From the NCBI GenBank assembly GCA_000934665.2, contig KZ538064.1:1-64000 (forward strand): DNA of 64,000 nucleotides, in the 5' to 3' direction. Each line of letters opens with the position of its first letter. Position 1 is the stretch's first letter. Of this stretch, positions 40,420 through 53,722 are shown piece by piece. The position numbers and the translations under genes are program-made. The DNA is from Catajapyx aquilonaris. Lineage: Eukaryota. The notes under the pieces are model-generated. The model worked only from the letters and a program-made list of their open reading frames with translations. It was not told the origin of the DNA and did no database searches.

Positions 40420-40470
40420 ATCAACAAATACGTAATGAAATGGGGTTCACTTCATTACGTATTTGTTGAT
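40420..40470. repeat. Perfect hairpin: 20-bp stem, 11-nt loop
   Basis: ATCAACAAATACGTAATGAA-ATGGGGTTCAC-TTCATTACGTATTTGTTGAT. Confidence 0.9.
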
Positions 40471-43400
40471 GTAGTAGAATCACTTGCGTCCAATAAGTGA
40501 CGTCATTTGCAACTAAAATGACAGGAAAACCTTCAAAAGGATCTACAAAAAATATAAATTTATATTCATAAAAATACAATGTTCTCCGGAATATATATAG
40601 GTTCCCGTACTGTACGTGGGCAAGTTTCATTAAAAATCAGTTAGGAAATAAATGCAGCTTTATGCTTGACGTTGCAAAACCTCAATCAGGAAGCAACTTC
40701 TGCAATCAGGTCTGCACTTGATATAAATCTAATTTAATCCGCATTACTCAACAGTCCGCATTAAAGTGGGTTTTTTTTCCATATGCGGAGTATTTCATCC
40801 GCTCTGAATGCAAAGTGGTTTTATTTGCACAAAATTGAAATGCACTTTTTTCTGACTAATTCGATAAAAAAAGCTTATAAAATCGCTTTGCACACACATG
40901 AAAATTGTGTGGTAAATGTGTTGATCTCCGTATAACCGTGTACTTGTAGCTTCTCTTTTGAATTTTCAAGTATTCAGAAAATGTAATAATTTAAGTCGTT
41001 GCAGAGCTTCGTCCTTCTCAACCACTTTAAAAGTCTCTCAATATAAAATCCGACTGGATGACCGATTTCCCTCAGCCAAAATGCTCACCACAAAGTTGAC
41101 ATCCCTGGTTATTCACGCCAACTATAGTCTCTCTCTCTCTCCCTACGACCTTACTTCACAAAGTCCACTGCCATGTGCCCCACTTTCCTTTCTCCTTCCC
41201 TTTTTTTCCCCCTTCCTATATTCTCTCCTCCTACCCCAGCACCACTCCCATTCCCGCGGCCTCTTCTTTCGGGTTTACTTGATGCTTTTTATTCGACACA
41301 GGAGGCCAGTTGGGCTTCAGGAGGGAGTGGTTCTCATCCCCGCGTCCTGCCGCCCTGGAACTGTCCTCAGATTACCCTTCCTTCTTATTGATGCGACGTT
41401 TAGGACGCTTTTGAGAGGCGCAACGACGCAAAAGGCTTTTTTTTCCTTTTCTTCTTCTTCTTCTTTCTTTTTGCCCCGTTTCTTTGCTCTTTGGGTACGT
41501 AACATCCGCCCCACTGTGTGTGCCCTTCCCAAAAATTAACCTGCGACCTTCGTTTCAAAGTAGACTTAATTTGCCTTATGCTCGACCTTTTCTGTCTGCC
41601 AGTTGACAAAATAATGGCGCCAATTTGCGTTTGACGTTTTCTTGGATGGGGGGGAACAGGCGGGGGGCCAATATTATTAACGTTTTCGACTTAAGCTCAT
41701 TACTTTCTTCCCCCCTCCGTTTTTCTTTTGTGCTGCCTTTTACTCGAGGCAAAATGCGAAGAAGACGTGCTGAAGATGCTCTCAGATGGGTTGGAAGCAA
41801 ACAATGAGCCGCTGCTTTTGGGGGTATGGGGAGGTTGTGGGGGAGGGCGAAAAATATCGGTTCATTGGTAGCTGTCAGGGCTCTGTGTCCACGGAACAGA
41901 CAAACGGGGGTGTTGGGGGTGCTCCAAAGTTAATCCATCTTTGCCCACGGAGGAGAAGGAAAATGTAAATTTTGCGTGGTGCTCGAGAGGGGGGGCCAGG
42001 AAAAGTAGCTTTCAGCGGATTAATGGGCACCCATTTATAAATTACACTTTCAAACTTCCACAGTCAAAAACAGAGAGAGGCCTACGAGGGTAAAGAGCCA
42101 GGATTGTAGTATTATGAATTAATTGCAAATTTTTTGGCCCAAGAACTGGCGTTGGACAAGTGCAGCATAAGTTTCACGCTGATTAGGCTGAATAATTAAA
42201 TGGTACGAAGCCCGCCAGGCTTGCACTGCAACCTGGACCAAACGTGCTTCGATAGTAATATAGGATATGCGGTATAGCTACACGAAATGCATTACCTGTT
42301 GTAATAATTTTTATGTGCAGTACCTGAACTATTGGGCAATTCTATGTGTTTAACGTACTGCACATCCTTGAGCTTTAACTTAAAAAGTACAATGATGGGG
42401 TTGCTCTTTCAAGGTGGAGACAGTCATAAGCAGTAATCACACTTATATGATTATAATATTAGAGAGTACGTGTCCTTTTTTTGGCCCGATGCTCCATCCA
42501 TAAAACAATAAGATCCCGTAACGTTTAAACAACAATCAAGGTGCAATCTGGCAAGTAAAACGTGAGGTTTAATTGAAACGCGTTTCCTCAGAAGCCATCC
42601 ATCAGTGTCATTATCTTAGGGCGGGAATTAATCTCGCCTTAGATGAGCTCTCTCTACCTATGCAGACGTAGAGAGAGATCTAGGGCCCCTCCAAAGGAAA
42701 ACGAGATCTTATCAGGCTTCCCCCCTCCCTTTGCTTGTATATGTATACATTTGGGAGGTGGAAAGGGTTGCCTTTTCTTCCGGTTTCCCCAGCTCTCACT
42801 TTATCTCCCTTTCGCATCTCTCCCGCCTGTCTGACTGATCCGGACATCCTGATGACAGACTCATTTTCACTGTGTCAAGTGGCATGGAAAATTCTATTAG
42901 GGAGTCCAGCCCTCCTCCTCCTCCTTCCCTACGCCTTCAAACTAGAACATTGGGAAATTGCACTGGAGATGCTACCACTTGCACGGGGATGCACAGGCGA
43001 GGGATCATTAACGCGAATCTGATTAGAATAGGACTAGAGAGCTGCATTATTGCCATTTCTAACTGGAACACTACACGAATTATCAGGTAAATAAATTGCC
43101 AGGAAAATAGTTTTCGAAAGAGAAAAAAATATTCGCAAAATTCGTATTTTTTTTAAAATTCGAAGAAAAATCTGGTTTTCTGATCGGTGTACTTTTTAAA
43201 ATGTTTGTGCAACAAATAAAGAGCAGCTGGCACAAGTATCTGTAGCGTTATATTGCCGATAGCGCCTTAAAATTAAATTTCAGCGGCAGAGTTTTCTGTA
43301 GACGCGTTCAATTCCCCACACGCCCTTGTTGAAAATCGTGGGAAAAGAGAAAAAAGGGATATATTTTGGAAGCTGGAAAAGGAAGGAAATGAAGTTAGTC

Positions 43401-46400
43401 GTGAGTCGGTTGGCGAGTGGTCTTGAGAGAAGGAGTTAATTGCCTCCCCATTGACAGCTTCCTCTCCCCTGACTCGAACCAGGATTTTGAGGCCTCTTCA
43501 TTCCGTCCCTGACACCACAACCCACTTGACCTCCTCCTCTTGATTCCTTCCTCCAAGCTGGACACTACTCCTTTTACTTCCCCGCCCTTTAATTTCTATC
43601 CAACCCTCACCGAAACTCCTCTACTTTTCCTTTCTCGTTTTTTTTTTTGCTCATCAAGAGAAGTCGGCCAATCTCAGTTTCGCACACAACAGCCCCATAC
43701 ATCAAGGCATCCTTTCGATCCTACAGATGAGGCTCTAAAGTGGCCTCCATTTCCGTCTGCACTCCCTTTTCATTGATGAATTTTTCATTTTGAAGAATAC
43801 TTCTGGAGGTGGTCGACGGGGGGAAGAGAGTTTCTTGGAGGGGTTAAGCACAGCATACGAGAAATATTGCAGCAATAAAGGAATTAAAAGTTTAAGCCCC
43901 CGGAGTGGAGGTGCCTTAACTCGCGATCCTGTAATATTTATGCGCCCACCTTCCGCCCCACACTTTTCTGTCAACTCAGCAGACTATAAACGTCTGACTA
44001 GGCCTGAACATAAAGAATACACTAAGAATAAAGTAACAACCAAAAAAAATAATTTAGACATAAATATTTCATAAAGCTATGGATTAACGTCTAACGGCCC
44101 CGTATTTCTTATGATAAAAAATACATGGCGTTACTATTTTCAGCATGTTATTGCATGCATTTCAGCTTAATTTGGTAATGCTGCAGTGCTATATGAGTTT
44201 AAAATAAATGTGTTGGTCACTTGCCACATGTACACAAGCATGAGTACACAACATATCGGAAATTAATTATCAGTCTCAATTACAAGTACATCCTCCACTA
44301 CCATATCGAGCCTACGGCAAAAGCCATAACACGAGTATCCGGCGATAATTATAATTAATTTATATATTGATAACATTATTAATACCCCCAATCAATACAT
44401 TCCTGTCCGCTATTCACAGCACAATAGCTGTTCAAATGGTTACTTCATGACCTAAATGTCGAAAGAATGCGTCAGCACTATTAATAGACACAAAGGCTGC
44501 AAAATTGGCTAATAACAACTTATAAATAACCACAAAGCATCACCGCCACTCTTCACAATACGTGTCAAAATATCACACAGCATACATGGCATGGTGAAAT
44601 TAACATTACTTTTTCATAATTATTTTCATAATAGAGTATAGTTACAGCCTGCGAGAGTTACAATCAGCTCACATCACGCAACCGGAGCACAGAGCAAAAG
44701 GAATCAGGTAACAAAATTTTGCTGCGTTGCGAGTAATAATCAGCAAAAAAAAATGAAAGCTAACTCTTTAATATTGCATTAAGAAGGAGAGATTGCTTTG
44801 ATGATAACATTTCAACCATCAGCCAAGTTGTTTTGAAATTAAGACGACCATCATTTCCAACAAGTTCTTCTTTTTCTGTCTGTCTGTTCAAACTCCCTCT
44901 TGGATAAGGTGGATGTTACAACCGACCTTTTTTTCTTTAAAAAAAAACAAGTTGGGTCATTTATCTTGTTCTTAATTCGGGTGCTCCCAAAAGTCGACCC
45001 TTACAGTGCAGCAGTAACGCCATTTGCAGCAGACGTCACTCGGGGCTGATGACGTCACCGACGGAGTGAGACAGATAGTGTAGAAGGAACCAGCCCTAGG
45101 CGCAGTTTTAGAACCTTTTGAGGGCAATTTGCAGGCGGCGGTTATTATGAGAGGAAGTTCCTCCTGACGCTCGCCGTGATACGTTTAGTCAAATCACTGC
45201 CAGGGACCCTCCGGGGCGTCGGCGACTCTCTTCCGCTCTCGCCTACAGTCCGACGCGGCTCAAGACTTCTAACTTACCGCTGCCAGGTAATTAAATTGCA
45301 AGCTCAATTAGCGTCACGTGATGGGTCCCCCCCCCTGCCCTCTCTATCTCTACTGCAGACTACTCGTTATATCGAAGTGAGGGGGTCGGAAATATTTTCG
45401 GCATGATGCTCTGGGTCCTAATGCGATCAGGACGACTACACTTCCTGCCAGGGTTAATTGAGGCCACTTGATGTCACGCTGATATGCAGTGCGCTGGAGC
45501 AATTACTAGCCCGAAGAGGGGGACAATGTAACTGGCAATAAGCATTCTTTGCTTCTCTTCAGATCTGAAAATCATAATCATAATCAGCAAAAAATTGAAA
45601 CCTGCTCAGTGCGGAAAATTTGTGCTGAACAAAGCAATTCATATCATTCAGCAATGCATAATTTGCTGTCATTCTATGCGCAGCTTTAGGGCAACATTTA
45701 ACTCTAAAGCTATGCAAAAAAAAACTGATTCTCCCACTACAATGTTAGAACAAAGCCTTCAAAGTACCATCTGAACAGCTGCATTCTGTTACACTCATAC
45801 ACTACGGATATTCACATTGTGTAGTTACGCTGTCTACCCTAAGGCGCCACTTTTGCTCACTATAAGTTGATACAATACACTTGGCAAAGTTTAAACTCGA
45901 GATGATACCCAACTGTAACGACCTAGTTTATGGAAGTAATATCGGAGCCACACGTTGCTTAGTCGAGCTACTCCTTCGGGAGGGAAAGAAGCTCCAGCTT
46001 CTTTACAATATTTTTCCTTGAGAGCCCGTGCTCAGGAGGAGGAGGAGAGAAAAAAAATACATACACAAAAAAAAATTGTTCCATTGTATACTCTGGAGGA
46101 GGAAGAGGGCCCCAGAGCACATACAGAAAAGTGCAAAGGGAAAATACGGGCCATTCTCCAGGCCGGGCTCTCCGGAGGCTAGTTTGGAGGAAGTTGGGAT
46201 GGCGGATAATCCGCGTTAAATTCAATCAGCGTGGCCGCAGAGAGCCAAGGAACCCTCCAAAAAAGTAGGGAAACCCATCCTGGACCACACCTACACACGG
46301 TTGGCTGGAAATAACCAACGGACTCACGGAAGAGAAGAAAAAAAAAAGGAGCGAAATAATTGCGCAGGGAGAGTTGCATACCGAACTGGATAAATAAAAA

Positions 46401-47980
46401 CCGCCAAGGTTGAAGCTACGAAATGCGTCACAAAAAGAGAGGATAATGAAATTCATGCAATGCCACATACTGCGGGCGCCAAAATTATTGCATGACCCTT
46501 AAATAATTACACACGGTTGGGTGCGCAAAAAGGTTTACTGGCAGTAAACAAGCACTTTGGCTGATATGACCACACGTGCGGATTCATGTTGCGGTCAAGA
46601 CCATCGAAGCAATATTCAGGTGACTCTCATTACTCTCATTACAAACACCTGGCCTTTTCCCTAATAGCCTCGCAATGATGCGGTTTTTGGGAGGAACCAA
46701 AATGCGTGATGGAAGGACACACACGCACAACGTTTCACACAACAGACAAGGCTTTTTGCCCCACCCACACCCATCCAATAACAAAAAAAGTAAATAAATA
46801 ACAAATTTCCACCCCCCTCCCCCTTTCTGGTCCCTCTCCCCCACTTTGACATGAAGCTCGCCAAACGCTTCCATTTCGCAACATTCAAGCCAGGATACTG
46901 GGGAGGGTTAGAAAAAGGGTCACAAAAAAGGTGCACATGCCGCGAATTCTCTCCTCGCAACACGACTCCGCCCTGCCGATTCCACGCCCAAAGTGGGCAG
47001 CAAAAAAAAAGAGAGGTGGGGGGTAGAGGGGGGTCCAACAAAAAAAAGAGAGAGAGAAGGGGGAGGGGGGGGGGGGTAGGACGAGTGAAGAAGACGAAAT
47101 TGCTTTCTTTCAGTAATACATTCCGGACAGCCGCTCAGGGATCGCACCTTCACCCAGGTTTAATGGTCTCCTGGGAGGCCATTCCGAATGATAGTCCCAG
47201 TGAAAAAGGCGCATCAGGTTGTATTGGAATATTTGGAGTGGTAGGGTGGAGGGTGGAGGTGGGGGGAGAAAGGAAACACTCACTTTTATGCCACAGCCAC
47301 TATTGTCACTGCAGGACCAGAAAAAAAGTAAGTGGGGGACAGTCCAAACTAAACGTTGGGTTTATATGACTGGTAGTTTCAGGTGCAGGTAATGACGCGT
47401 GCAAATTGTCGATTATGTTTATTAAATTTGGACGCTCGATGGAACTGTCCATCGGGAAATATTCAATAAAAGCCGCAATTCGCAGATTACCCACGAACAA
47501 TATTCTAGGTTCGTTAATGATAATACAAAGTTAGTAACGGATCCTGTAGAATCAACAATGCACCATTTTTGTTGGGTTTTTGATGCATTTTTATTTCACT
47601 TTGTTCGGGCCGGAAATATATTTTTAATCTGTTAAACTACATCGGGGTTAAATTTTCCACGGCGGGTAAAACCTTCCGTGATCCTCCGACATACCATAGT
47701 GTGACACCTGGACGTTCCAGCTCATTTCCATCGGGATAATCTCGATTCCGAAAAGCAGGCCGAGCGTGCACAATCCATTTTCACGGGGACCCAAACTGTA
47801 AGGGAATGGAAGTGAGAGGCTGCCTCAGTGTTGATCGAAGGTGACAGGGATTGGTCACAGGCAGAAACGTGCCCTGTCACCGGCTCCCTCCCTTGACATG
47901 TGTCCAGGACCACATCCCCCCATCTCGCTACAAAAATCCGGGTGACGACATGTCACCAACCAGAGCCTCTTACTTACTGA

Positions 47981-48066
47981 CAGGGTGTCCCATTATGGTT
48001 GAGACAAACTATTAGAGTTGTAGTGAACCCAATAGGAGCGCATCTACATTATGATGAAACACCCTG
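47981..48066. mobile_element. 86-bp degenerate CAGGGTG MITE
   Basis: CAGGGTGTCCCATTAT at the left pairs with ATGATGAAACACCCTG at the right (8 bp exact, then degenerate). The flanks are GA/TG, so the TA TSD is not preserved. Confidence 0.5.
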
Positions 48067-48467
48067 TGTTAATCGGGCAAGCATGTTTAATCTGTAGATG
48101 ATATCAGTGGGGGAAAACGTGGCCGAGTGAAAATGCAGGGTCTAATCGAAATCGTAGGTCGGGGGCATTGATTCGGCGGCGGCAGAAGCCGGACCTTTCG
48201 AAGTGCCAGGAAAGGCCTGATCTTACTGTGAAAGTCCATTAATCAACGCAATGAACGAGGCCTGTGGAGGTCGCTCTCAAAGGCCAGGCTGGCTCTCTCA
48301 CAGAGTTTCATTCGCATTCGAAATCCTTTTCGACTCCTGGGACGTGCGATAGGAGGACGAAAAAAGAGGCAGAACCCAAAGTAAGACGGAAGGAGAGGGG
48401 CGAAAAAGAAGAAGGAAGAGGAGGAATGAACAGGCCGATAAGCCTTTGACACCACAGTCGATCTGTA

Positions 48468-48568
48468 CAGGGTGGTGCAGTGTCCCAACCCCGCAGAGGA
48501 AGACGTTGTGGATTGTTCACACCAGCAACCAGCTAAGCTACTGAAAACCTGAAAACTGCATCACCCTG
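48468..48568. mobile_element. 101-bp Tc1/mariner-type MITE
   Basis: TA|CAGGGTGGTGCAGT ... ACTGCATCACCCTG|TA: a 13/14 TIR match with TA on both sides. Confidence 0.75.
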
Positions 48569-49926
48569 TATGTCCTATTTCCTAAGAGATTGTCGCGTCC
48601 AACAGCAACATTTGTATACCGCATTTCAGAGGCAAATGGCGCTGCGACTTTCACACAAGTTTGCATTTTGCAGGCCTTTTGAACATGAAAAGTTATAGTC
48701 GTTCGAACTAGTAGCTTCAAATACTTGTGCAATGAGATATGGCCCAATTTTAGCCCGCATATAAACAACTTCTTCGGGATAGAACAGGAGCCGTAACTAT
48801 TTTGTGGCGATCGTAAAATCGGATGGAGGGTGACAAGGTCTGCTTATGTGTAGTGATTGCGGCGTCGACTTCAAGTCTGAGGGGCCATTGTTGCTGTGCC
48901 CATTGTCGCGATGTACAATTTCGGAGGGAGAGGTCTGAAGCTACGCAGTAACTTTATGAAAAGCGCTCCAACCGTGAAATTAATATCGTTTGAATTAAAC
49001 TTTTTTTCTTCCTCCTCCTCCTCCTCGAGGTCCCGGCTGCAAAATCACTTCGGCGTTACTTCACGACTTCAATTACGACCAGTGTCGTTTCCCAAGTTTC
49101 ATCTGAAAATGATGTACTCAGAAAAGTTCGAGCCAATTCAAAATTATTCAAAAAGCCAAATATGCATCACTGAAACTCCGCTGAGACTTTTCAACCCTCA
49201 GCAAAATATTTCTGCTTAGAAAGTCATTCAGACAAATCCTTTCAAGAAAGGTCACTGACACTCATTAGTCAACAAATATGCAAACTTAGATCTTCTTTGC
49301 GCTAAATGAATTAACTGCCCTACACGGTATTTAATTTGTTAATTAATACAATTAAATACTCAAACTCACGTCACTAATCGGATCTCAGACTTTATTGCAC
49401 CTCAAAATAACACAAAAATAGTTTTATATCGATTATTTAGTATTAATGAATTGTTATGATTCGACTTAAGCAAATGAAGTGAAGTTATTATTTATTTATT
49501 CGAGTTTTAAATGTCAATATTTATTAATTAGACGGAATTAACAGCATTTCTCCCAAAGTCCAGACTTCATGTCACTCTAAAGTTACTCAAGACTCACACA
49601 AACGTCACTCAAAGGCACTACTCACACATCATTAAGCTTCCAGGCAAACTACATTAAAGAGGCAGATCCTACAGTACATGAGTTATTCAGTTTTGCATTT
49701 TTACGTCGTGCATAAAAAAGCTCAGAACTCCGCGAAAAAAAAACCTACCCGAAATGGATCAGATATTAAGCGTTAGCAAACCTAATATCTGGGTCTCTGC
49801 ACTGGGCATTATTTCCAGACAAATGAAGCTGGAGGCCATAAAAGGAGCAGAAAAGAGTGGAGTCTGGGCCTCCACCCTCCCAAAAAATGAATCTAATGCC
49901 ACAAGCCCGTCGCTTTGTAATGGCCG

Positions 49927-49958
<32 letters not shown>

Positions 49959-51551
49959 TGAGTTAGTGCCGACATTTGGGTCGCCCCCGATGCAAAGAGC
50001 ATGACTCGGTGCATTCGTACGACCTCGTTGCAGCAAATAAACCGACAGTAAGTTCTCCCTTTCTGTGATGTCTGGCCAGTCAGAAAAATATTAATAAAGA
50101 TCCCCCCCCCCCCTTTCCCATCTCCATCGGTGCTTTTAAGCGCTTAAAAATTCCTCACGTGCGCTCCTTTTTTCGACCTTTTCATCTTCCTCATCAATAC
50201 GGTACGACCTGAGCATAGGAAAGGAAGAAAAAAAGAGTTGATGGGAGGTTGGGTAGGTAGAAGGGTAAGGAGAGGGGGGGGGGGTCGGAAATGAAGCTCT
50301 CCCGCGACCATTTCTGAGCCATTCATCCCAGTCCTTGGGAAAAGGCCTATTCGTTGAGAGAACAAAATCAGCTCCCTACAGCCACTTGGCTCCATATGGA
50401 CCTTCAGGAAGAGAAATGGCGCTTTTATGACGTGAATATGACTACCTCTTTTTCCCTCTGAACCCTTCAACTACTTATATTCGAAGGTCCGATTTGCATA
50501 GAAGGGCAGCGGAGAGGCAGGGCTGGACCTTTGCGAAGGCAGGTCGCGTCGATCGTGCCAAGAAAACGATGGCCATCCTGGACAGCCAAAGGTGGGCCAT
50601 TCTGCAAATGCCCTGGTCATTTTCGGGAAAGGAATGGGCGCAGGGAGTGCTTACGTACGTCGGTTTGAGGGCAGGCCAAGGTGGAAAGTCAAACTGGAAT
50701 GTCATACTGTCTCTGCTGTAGTAGATTGGTTTCCTCTCTGCACATTCCTGACTCTTCATGGCTACCCTTTCTTGCGCAGCGGCTCACCAAACATATCAGG
50801 ACACAAAATTATCCGCAGAATTTTTTGCCGACTGATTTGTGCCCATTTCAGGAAGCTCAGCTCTACAGGTTGGAGGCCTGCTTCACTTGGAAGGTAACTG
50901 TGCCAAGCAACAGTAATTGAAGATGAGCAGTCAGTAAATCAACGCGGTGCTTGTCACTCTCTATTCTTCCCTGAAAAATGAACCGCGACCTGAAATAAAT
51001 CACGTAACCGCCATTACATCCGGAACATGCCCGGTAATTACTGCCCGAATCTCTTCCATTCACTGCCAGCGGTGTCAATACCTAATCATAAGGTATTCCT
51101 CTCCATAAAAAGTTTTATGCCAGAGGCTATATCATTAGAGAAATCACTTCTTTTACGACCAATCACCGCCTGATAGCACATATAGGCCCCCGATGTGAAA
51201 GCATCAATCCCAATACCCTAACGGAGTGCTGAAAAGGGGGCCAGGCCAGGGCGTCTTATCGTATTTGGGCGAGGTGAGAGTTTTGCAGGAGGGAGGGGGA
51301 GGTGGAAGGAGATATTGGGCCTGATGATTATTCCAACCCAATATTCCGCCAGCGGTTCCTTACTCCCGTCAAATTCTCAGGGGCCATAAAAGAGAATGCT
51401 CCGAGAGCTGGAAATGGGGAAGAATGAGACAGGCATGGGCTCGTGGACGGCATCCCTGATAGCCCTTCAATGCTGTTCAGGTATATCCCCCACACCCCAT
51501 AACCCCATGCCCAAAACCCCGTTTCCAAATAATAATAAAAATATACCAATA

Positions 51552-51740
51552 CAGGGTGGCGCACTCCCCAAGTCCAAGGATCGCTTGTATGGGGGAAATC
51601 CTGAATTTCTGGATTGTTCTCTCTAGTGTGCAGCAATCACCACGGATTTGTTAAAAGTGGTTGCTATTCTGCACCGGTTGATATGGACAAGCAATACGTT
51701 TCGTCACCAGTGATGGTCACTTGGAAAGTGTGTCACCCTG
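51552..51740. mobile_element. 189-bp Tc1/mariner-type MITE
   Basis: TA|CAGGGTGGCGCACTCCCCAAGT ... ACTTGGAAAGTGTGTCACCCTG|TA: an 18/22 TIR match with TA on both sides. The internal TGGATTGTTC is shared with the 48468 copy. Confidence 0.75.
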
Positions 51741-53235
51741 TAACCCGATATTGAAACAGGAATTTTGCGGGAGGCACAACAGCCCGTGGAGAAAAGAAAA
51801 GTTCAGAAAGGAGTAAAATATTTTTTTCGGGGCTCTCGGGCAATACCTTTATTTTTTTCCCCCTTTCTTTCTTCCTGAAGGGAAAAGAACATTCCCCTGT
51901 CGGCTGAGCCGGCCCTGAGCCCAAATCTAATCATTTCCTCGCAAATCCCGAACTTCGAAAGGAAATGCAATTAAAAGCCAGGCGTGTTGATGTATTCTGC
52001 TCATCTGCATAACTTACGAGAGGGATTCTGCAGCCGCTAATTTGACACGGAAAAGATCAAACAATTACCGGAGTTTTTTTGTGTGTTTTTATTTTTCGAT
52101 GCAATCCATGGTTGCGTTCCCTTGTTTTTAGTACGTGCTGTACAGGCAACTGTAATAAGGGCGTAAATCAATTTGGCTGCTAATTGAGATCGTTTAGCCA
52201 GAAATGTTTCTGGTTTGAGTCGCGGGAAGGGAAGCGGAATCCGGCATTTCCGGTCATAATACAGGGTGGCACGCCAGGCAGGTTATTTTGTCCGGGTCGC
52301 TTACTTTCAAAGGCGAAGCCGGGTGTTGCAATATTCAGTTTACCAACTATGCAGCGAGTGGTATATTATGCATGTGCTAATTAGATCCTCAAATGCAGGT
52401 TCATAATTGGTGTACCTTTTGCGAGGCAACGCCTAACAAACTGCAAATGGGGTTTGCGTTTCGGATCTCCTGATATTGCCAGGGATGGTGATCTTTTATT
52501 CAGTATTTCACGAGTATAACTTCTCAAATAGATTTTTAAAAAACGAGCAGGTGGCAGCACGACGTACCGGTTATTAAACTCAAGTAATATATGCTGAGAA
52601 CTATTTCCGAGCAATAATAATTTCTGCACATACCAACGCCACTATATATGATATTCAATAAGCTCGTTCTTCATTCAAGACCGTCCGTGTGATTGAGGGT
52701 TAATTTGGAGGCTCCTTCATTTCGGATTAAATTTAACTCCAGTTCCCCCAGCAGCAGCATAGTTCGTCCTTCTAATCAGAATTCTTCGCCGAAAGTTAAA
52801 TGAGGTTGGTAAAAGAAACACTTTGGCAGGAAGGAGGGCACCGTGACTGAAACTCATAATGCATCAAAGGCCACCCACGATTTTATTTTTAATCGAATCT
52901 CAGGGATCCCGATTAATTCTTCAATCGCTTAAAAATTGAATCCGGATTGGTAATCAACAGGCACGTTAAAATTCACTCAATTTTAATAGTCGAGTGTGTC
53001 TCCTTGTTCTAAAAACAACCACTATTTTCCATTCGTGGATACAAATTATGGCACTTTCTGGCGTCAATTTCGAAATCCAGTTGGAACAGCTCTATATAGC
53101 GAAGGGTGGCACAACTTCGCCTGGAGTTGACTTCAGCATCAGGTAGGTAACTTGTAGGCAAGGCCATATAGCCGGAGCGATAGTTGGACAAAGCTTGGGG
53201 TCTGAAACCGCAACGGCGGCTGTTGTAACAAGGAA

Positions 53236-53257
53236 CAAGCAAGCAAGCAAGCAAGCA
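53236..53257. repeat. (CAAG)n microsatellite
   Basis: About 5.5 tandem CAAG units. Confidence 0.9.
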
Positions 53258-53521
53258 GGGAGCCCCATGGATGCAGGCTCAACATCAGAAGCCCAGAGGA
53301 TCGACGCCGAATCTCCCTCGACTCTGGGATGGTTGTAAGTCGGTGTGCGAATCTCGGGGGAAACATTCCAAACTTCGTCGGAATGCCTGTAGCTCTCTTT
53401 CCATTACGACTACTACTGTGGCCGCGGGGAGCTTGGAGGGAGAAAAGAAAAGGAGAGAAAGGGGGGGGGATAAAAAAAGAAGAAGAGAGAAAGAGAATCG
53501 AGGGAATGCCGCCCTCCCTCC

Positions 53522-53722
53522 CCACCAGATGAAAAGAGCCGAGATAAACTGCATACCGGAACCAGTCTCAAGTTAGTGGCGGCCAGACGGGTTCTCAGAG
53601 GCGAAAACCGCACCAGCTTGCTTGCATTCCAATCCCCCAAACGCGACCCAAACGCAGCACCACCCAAGTCTATAGACGATCCCAAAACGGTACAAATTTT
53701 CCTCCACCACCAGATGAAAAGA
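53522..53722 (+). repeat. Exact 16-bp direct repeat CCACCAGATGAAAAGA (53522-53537 and 53707-53722)
   Basis: Two identical copies 185 bp apart, each containing the E-box CAGATG. Confidence 0.8.

Noticed and set aside
40958..41539. Longest ORF (193 aa)
   Set aside because: Non-ATG start, translation of pyrimidine-rich low-complexity DNA (F/S/L/P-rich), and no domain.
46851..47369. 172-aa G/R/K-rich ORF
   Set aside because: Its composition derives from poly-G and poly-A tracts.
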